DNA from: Myxococcota bacterium
Lineage (GTDB): Bacteria; Myxococcota_A; UBA9160; UBA4427
NCBI GenBank assembly: GCA_041389495.1
Contig: JAWKRT010000001.1
Location: forward strand, 1,682,471 to 1,746,470
Reading direction: 5' to 3'
Length of the DNA: 64,000 nt
Positions 58,658 to 64,000 of this stretch are shown here, one piece after another (the stretch's first letter is position 1; every line of letters begins with the position of its first letter). The notes under the pieces are model-generated. The model was not told the origin of the DNA. It ran no database searches and saw only the letters and a program-made list of their open reading frames with translations. The position numbers and the translations under genes were made by a program.

Positions 58658-59553
58658 GGCGCGCGCTCGTCGTCGCGCGCGTCGTGCTCGAGAGCGCGGG
58701 GCGCGGCCTCGTCGCGAGCCCGGTCCCGAGCGCGATCGCGGTCGTCACGATCGCCATCGCGCTCGTGCTCGTCGGCGCGTTCGCGCTCGTCGTCGGCAAC
58801 ATGGAGGGCGTGCTCACCCGCTTCGCGAGCGAGCTGCACGTCACGGCCTACCTCGAGCCCGGCCTGTCGCCGGACGAGCAGCGCGCGCTCGCGCGCGCGG
58901 CGGAGCTGATCGAGGGCGTCGCGTCGGTCGAGCTCGTGACGCCCGAGCAGGCGCTCGAGCGCTTCCGCGCGACGATGCGCGGCAGCGAGCTGCTCGCCGG
59001 CCTCGAGGACAACCCGCTCCCGCCGTCGATCGAGCTCGAGCTCACGGAGGCCGCGCGCACGGGCGAGGGCGTCGCGGTCGTCGCCGCCGCGCTCGACGGG
59101 CTCCCGGGCGTCGACGAGCTCGCGCACGGCCAGGACTGGGTGGAGGGCTACGCGCGCGCGGCCGCGCTGGCGCGGTCCGCGGCGACGCTGCTCGGCGCGG
59201 TGCTCGTCGGCGCGGCGCTGCTGATCGTCGCGAACACGATCCGCCTCGGCGTGTACGCGCGCGAGGACGAGATCGAGATCCTCTCGCTCGTCGGTGCCGG
59301 CCGCGGGTTCGTGCGCGCGCCGTTCGTGCTCGAAGGGGCGGCGCAGGGCGCGCTCGGAGGCGGGGTCGCGCTCGCGGTGCTGTGGCTCGCCTTCCGCAGC
59401 TTCCTGCCGCGCCTCTCGTTCGGGCTCGCGCTCTTCCTCGGCGACCGCGCGCCCGCCTTCTTCGCGGGCCGGGAGGCGGCCGTCGTGGTGCTCGCCGGCG
59501 CGGCGCTCGGCGCGCTCGGCTCGCTCGTCGCGCTCGTCGGGTGGCGGCGGTGA
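58654..59553 (+). CDS. ftsX: cell-division ABC permease-like protein FtsX
   Basis: Part of ORF 57907..59553. GTG 58654 overlaps the ftsE stop. It has a TM1 / periplasmic domain / three-TM layout, with IEILSLVGAGRGFVRAPF. Confidence 0.9.
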
Positions 59554-60755
59554 GGCGCCGCGCGCGCCGGCCGGCGGCCGCTCGCGCGGCGGGCACGCGT
59601 GCGGTGTTCGTCGCGCTCGCGGTGGTCGGGGCGATCGCTCCGGCGCGCACGGCGTCGGCGCAGGAGCGCGAGCAGCTCGAGGAGCTGCGCGAGCGCATCG
59701 AGGAGAGCCGCGGGAAGGTCGAGCAGCACGAGGCGGAGGAGCGCGCGCTCTTCGACCGGCTCGACGCGATCGACCAGCGCCTCGCGTCGCTCGGCGTCTC
59801 GGCGCGCGCGGCGCGGGCCGATGCGCGCCGCGCGCGCGCGGCGCGCGACGAGATCGTGCGCGAGACGGAGCGGCTCGCGGGCGTGCTCGCGCGCACGCGC
59901 GCGGCGATGCGCACGCGCGCGGTCGCGCTCTACAAGGCGGGCGACGTCGGGCCGCTGCGCGTGCTCTTCTCCGCGGATTCGCTGCGCGAGCTGATGCAGC
60001 GCGTGACGGTGCTCGAGCGGCTGCTCGAGCACGACGGCGCGCTGGTCGCCCGCTACGAGCGCGACGCCGTGGCGTACACCGCGGCGCGCGCCGACGCGGA
60101 CCGCGCGACGGCCCGGCACGAGGCCGCCGCGGCGAAGCTCGCGTCGGAGGAGCGCGCGCTCGCGGGCGAGCGCGGCGCGAAGCGCGAGCTGCTCGCGCGC
60201 GTGCGCAGCGACCGGCGGCGCGAGCGCGCGCTGCTCGTCGAGCTCGAGAAGTCGGCGCGCGCGCTCGAGGTGAAGCTCGCGGAGATCGGCGAGTCGGGGC
60301 GCCGCGACGCGGCGTGGGTGGACGGCTCGGGCTTCGCGGCCGCGCGCGGCGCGCTCCCGCTGCCCGTCGACGCGCGCGTGACGGGCCGCTTCGGACGCGT
60401 CACCGACGCCGAGTTCCACACGCAGACGGTGCGCAACGGCGTCGAGTTCGCGGCCGAGGAGGGCGAGCTCGTGCGCGCGACGGCGCGCGGCGTCGTGCGC
60501 TTCGCCGGCTGGTTCCGCGGCTACGGCCGCATCGTGATCCTCGACCACGGCGATTCGTACTTCACCGTGAACGGCCATCTCTCCGAAATCGACGTGGCCG
60601 TCGGCGACCGCGTCGAGGCCGAGGGCGCGATCGGGCGCGCGGGCGACACGGGGTCGCTCACGGGCGCGAAGCTCTACTTCGAGCTGCGGCAGGGCAAGGA
60701 CGCGATCGACCCGCTGCCGTGGTTCGCGCCCGAACGGCTGGCCGCGGCCCGCTGA
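59550..60755 (+). CDS. EnvC-like coiled-coil M23 (LytM) peptidase-domain protein
   Basis: Part of ORF 58587..60755. GTG 59550 overlaps the ftsX stop. It has a signal peptide, about 230 aa of coiled coil, and an M23 domain (GVEFAAEEGELVRATARGVVRFAG...ILDHGDSYFTVNGHLSEI). Confidence 0.88.
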   Translation: MRRRARRPAAARAAGTRAVFVALAVVGAIAPARTASAQEREQLEELRERIEESRGKVEQHEAEERALFDRLDAIDQRLASLGVSARAARADARRARAARDEIVRETERLAGVLARTRAAMRTRAVALYKAGDVGPLRVLFSADSLRELMQRVTVLERLLEHDGALVARYERDAVAYTAARADADRATARHEAAAAKLASEERALAGERGAKRELLARVRSDRRRERALLVELEKSARALEVKLAEIGESGRRDAAWVDGSGFAAARGALPLPVDARVTGRFGRVTDAEFHTQTVRNGVEFAAEEGELVRATARGVVRFAGWFRGYGRIVILDHGDSYFTVNGHLSEIDVAVGDRVEAEGAIGRAGDTGSLTGAKLYFELRQGKDAIDPLPWFAPERLAAAR

Positions 60756-60851
60756 GCCGGACGCGCGGTTGCCGCTACGCTCTGGCGCCCTCGTCCGCGC
60801 GATCGCCGGACGCGGTGGCGCGACGCTCGCCGACCACGAGGTTCCGCACGC

Positions 60852-62390
60852 ATGGACTCCCGCTCGGGCACGAACCCCTCCGCCACGAACGCCCCCGGCG
60901 CGCCGCACGCGCCGCGCCGCCGTGGGCCGTCGGACGCGCGCGCGGCGCGCGTGCGCATGCTGCTCTCGTTCGCGCTCGGCGTGCTCGCGGCGGCCGGCGC
61001 GATGCTCGTCGGCGACGCGACGCGCAGCGAGGCCTCGAACCGCTACGACGACCTCGGCCTCTTCTCGAGCGTCGTCGACCACGTGCGACGCCACTACGTC
61101 GAGGCGATCGACGACCACGAGCTGATCGCGGGCGCGATCCGCGGGATGATGGCCGAGCTCGATCCGCACTCGGCGTTCATGGAGCCCGACCAGTACCGCG
61201 AGATGCAGATCGACACGAAGGGCGAGTTCCACGGCCTCGGCGTCGAAATCCACAAGACGCAGGGCGGGTACGTCGAGGTGGTGTCGCCGATCGAGGGCAC
61301 GCCCGCCGACCGCGCGGGCATCCGCGCGCGCGACCAGATCGTGTCGATCTGCCCGACCGAGGTCCCCGAAGACTGGGAGCCCGGCGAGACGTGCCGGCCG
61401 ACGGACGACATGTCGCTCGTCGAGGCCGTCGCGCTCATGCGCGGCAAGAAGGGCACCGCGATCACCGTGCACGTGTGGCGCGAGGGCTTCGACGAGCCGC
61501 GCCCCTTCACGATCGTGCGCGACGTCGTGCAGATCGCGTCGATCTCGTCGGAGCTGCTCGAGCCGGGCTACGGCTACGTGCGCGTCCGCCAGTTCCAGGA
61601 GCGCTCCGCCGAAGACCTCGCCGGCCAGCTCGACGCGCTGCGCGACGAGGCCGACGGGAAGCTCGAGGGCCTCGTGCTCGACTTGCGCGACAACCCGGGC
61701 GGGCTGCTCGACCAGGCGGTGAAGATCGCGGACCTGTGGCTCGGCGACGGCCTCGTCGTGTACACGCAGGGCCGCGACGAGGACGAGCGGCAGGAGTTCC
61801 GCGCGAAGCCCGAGCGCACCCAGGGCGCGTACCCGCTCGTCGTGCTCGTCAACGCGGGCAGCGCGAGCGCTTCGGAGATCGTGGCCGGCGCGCTGCAGGA
61901 TCACAAGCGCGCGCTCGTGCTCGGGACGCAGACGTTCGGCAAGGGATCCGTGCAGACGGTGTTCCCGATCGGCGACTACGGGCTGCGCCTCACGACCGCG
62001 CTCTACTACACGCCGTCGGGCCGCTCGATCCAGGAGGTCGGCATCCGCCCCGACATCGAGGTGCAGCCGGCGCCCGCCGCGGGCGAGCAGGCCGCGCCCC
62101 GCCGCGTGCGCGAGCGCGACCTGCGCGGCCACTTCACGCAGCAGGACGCGGCCGGCGACGCCGGCGACGACGAGGGCGTGCCGGTCGAGGTCGAGATGCA
62201 GGCCGAGCCCGACGCGGCCGCCGGGGAGCCCGAGGACGCCGCCGTCCGCGTGCGCAGCGACCTCCAGGTGCGCCGCGCGCTCGAGGTCCTGAAGAGCTGG
62301 ACCTACTTCGAGAACCTGCGCGCGCCGGCGCCGACGAGCACGTCGACCGCGCCGCCGCTCGCGCACGCCGCGCCGATGCCGACGCCGTGA
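60852..62390 (+). CDS. S41-family carboxy-terminal processing peptidase (Ctp/Prc-like) with a PDZ domain
   Basis: ORF track, 512 aa. The PDZ region is GLGVEIHKTQGGYVEVVSPIEGTPADRAGI. The catalytic region is LVNAGSASASEIVAGALQD...GKGSVQ. Confidence 0.9.
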   Translation: MDSRSGTNPSATNAPGAPHAPRRRGPSDARAARVRMLLSFALGVLAAAGAMLVGDATRSEASNRYDDLGLFSSVVDHVRRHYVEAIDDHELIAGAIRGMMAELDPHSAFMEPDQYREMQIDTKGEFHGLGVEIHKTQGGYVEVVSPIEGTPADRAGIRARDQIVSICPTEVPEDWEPGETCRPTDDMSLVEAVALMRGKKGTAITVHVWREGFDEPRPFTIVRDVVQIASISSELLEPGYGYVRVRQFQERSAEDLAGQLDALRDEADGKLEGLVLDLRDNPGGLLDQAVKIADLWLGDGLVVYTQGRDEDERQEFRAKPERTQGAYPLVVLVNAGSASASEIVAGALQDHKRALVLGTQTFGKGSVQTVFPIGDYGLRLTTALYYTPSGRSIQEVGIRPDIEVQPAPAAGEQAAPRRVRERDLRGHFTQQDAAGDAGDDEGVPVEVEMQAEPDAAAGEPEDAAVRVRSDLQVRRALEVLKSWTYFENLRAPAPTSTSTAPPLAHAAPMPTP

Positions 62391-63768
62391 GCCGCCGCGT
62401 CCTCGCGGTCGCCGAGCTCCTCGAGGGCGTGCGGCGCCTGCTCGAGGACGCCGTCGGGCGCGTGTGGGTGGCGGGCGAGACGAGCAACGTGTTCGCGTCG
62501 CCGGCCGGCCACGTGTACTTCACGCTGAAGGACGGCACGGGCCAGATCCGCTGCGCCTTCTTCCGCGCCGACGCGCGCCGCCTTCGCTTCGACATCGAGA
62601 ACGGGATGGAGCTCGTCGTGCACGCCGAGCCGTCGGTCTACGTGCAGCGCGGCGAGCTGCAGCTCGTCGTGCGCGACGCGGAGCCGCGCGGCGCGGGCGC
62701 GCTCGCGATCGCCTTCGAGCAGCTGCGCGCGCGGCTCGAGGCCGAGGGGCTCTTCGCGGCCGCGCGCAAGCGCCCGCTGCCCGCGCACCCGCGGCGCGTC
62801 GCGGTGGTGACGTCGCCGCGCGGCGCCGCGATCCGCGACGTGCTGCAGGTGAGCGGGCGGCGCTGGCCGTCGACGCCGATCGTCGTCGCGCCGACGCGCG
62901 TGCAGGGCGAGGGCGCCGAGCACGAGATCGCAGCCGCGATCGCGCGCGCCGCGGCGCTCCCCGACGTCGACGTCGTGCTCGTGGTGCGCGGCGGCGGCTC
63001 GCTCGAGGACCTCTGGTGCTTCAACACCGAGGTCGTCGCGCGCGCGATCGCGGCCGCGCCCGTTCCCGTCGTGAGCGGCGTCGGCCACGAGACCGACACG
63101 ACGCTCGCCGACTTCGCGGCCGACGCGCGCGCGCCGACCCCGTCGGCGGCCGCGATGCTCGCGCTGCCCGATCGCGCGGCGGCGCGCGCCGCGCTCGCGG
63201 CGCTGTGGGACCGGCTCGCGGGGGAAGGGCGCGCCGCGCTCGAGGTGCGGTGGCAGCGGCTCGACCGCGCGCGCGGCGCGGTGCGGCGCCTCTCTCCGCT
63301 CGCGCGCCTGCGCGCGCGCCACGAGCGCTGGCGCGCGGCGGCGCGCGCCCTGGCGCGCGTCGGGCGCGGCGAGCTCGCGCGCGCGCGCGCCACGCGCGCG
63401 CCGTCGTCGCGCTCGGCGCGCGCGCGCCGACGACGGCCGTCGCGCGCGGGCGCCTCGCCGCCGCCGCGGCCGCGCTCGCGCGCTCGCTCGCGCGCGGCGC
63501 GCGCACGCAGCGCGCCGCGCTCGCGCTGCGCGCCGCGCGGCTCGACTCGCTCTCGCCGCTCGCCGTCCTCGCGCGCGGCTACGCCGTCGTGCGGCGCGCC
63601 GACGACGGGCGGCTCGTGCGCGAGGCGCGCGACGCCGAGGTCGGCGCCGCCGTCGACGTGCGCGTCGCCCGGGCCCGGCTGCGGGCGCGGGTCGAGACGG
63701 TGCGCGCGCTCGAGCCCGCGCCGGCCGGCGCCCGGCCGCCGGGCGCGGCCGGGCCGCCTCGTCGTTAG
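62387..63768 (+). pseudogene. xseA: exodeoxyribonuclease VII large subunit XseA with an apparent frameshift (genuine pseudogene or assembly error)
   Basis: The N-terminal ~335 aa (GTG 62387, frame of ORF 59294..63817) are canonical: OB fold, VVTSPRGAAIRD, VRGGGSLEDLW, SGVGHETD. The canonical C-terminus LDSLSPLAVLARGYAVVRRADDGRLV...VDVRVA is in the frame of ORF 62464..63768. The N-terminal frame stays open to 63817 but encodes only Arg/Ser/Pro noise. Confidence 0.6.
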
Positions 63769-63849
63769 GCCCGAAAGCCGCTTTCGTTACGCGGGTTTTC
63801 GCCGCGAGTCGCTTTGACCCCGCGCTAGGCCGGAGCTAGCTTCGGCCGC

Positions 63850-64000
63850 CATGCCGCGAGCCCGAGGCAAAGCCGCGAATCCGCCGTCCTCCGGCGCTCC
63901 CGACGCGTCCGACGCCCCGCGCGCGGCGGCCGTCCCGGCCGATCTCCCGTTCGAGCAGGCGATCGAGCGCCTCGAGGGCGTCGTCGACGCGCTCGACGAC
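63850..64000 (+). CDS. xseB: exodeoxyribonuclease VII small subunit XseB, N-terminal part; the gene runs off the right edge
   Basis: My translation from ATG 63850 gives MPRARGKAANPPSSGAPDASDAPRAAAVPADLPFEQAIERLEGVVDALDD. FEQAIERLEGVV is the XseB signature helix. It follows xseA. Confidence 0.8.

Overview
This is a gene-dense, very GC-rich chromosomal segment; almost every line is visibly above 70% G+C. I call about 62 protein-coding genes. I see no rRNA, tRNA, CRISPR array, transposase, integrase or prophage genes.

Motif content (PEP-CTERM sorting signal, F420 genes, Cys-type CcmE, many zinc-ribbon fusions) suggests a Myxococcota or other 'delta'-like lineage. I cannot establish that from sequence alone.

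Most of the window is housekeeping:
- start of the dcw cluster (mraZ-rsmH)
- lipid acyltransferases, including plsB
- tatA, ffh, trmB, rlmN, hisI-hisG, engB
- ftsE-ftsX-M23-S41-xseA-xseB
- a cofD-cofC-cofE F420 cluster
- a variant System I cytochrome c maturation operon

The parts I consider worth a second look are:
1. A MerR / ParA::CBM48 / degenerate MinD-like / unknown-protein cluster (14988-18455). I read it as a candidate ParA-type positioning system aimed at an alpha-glucan cargo.
2. Paired ArsA/Get3-like ATPases in an operon with a PhaR/phasin-like protein (4410-8018).
3. An ATP-cone/2PGK-like kinase + ChlI-like AAA+ + VWA + SppA module (18647-24664).
4. A ccmE-ccmF-X-ccmA-ccmB operon with a Cys-type CcmE and an extra 659-aa gene. 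It ends where ccmCD would be expected, at a lower-GC insert carrying a consensus promoter, a long leader and an orphan zinc-ribbon gene (42402-49395).
5. An apparent frameshift in xseA at a (CG)n run.

All functional calls come from reading motifs in the supplied translations; no searches were run. Internal start codons were chosen by eye using RBS and N-terminal plausibility, and may be off by a few codons.
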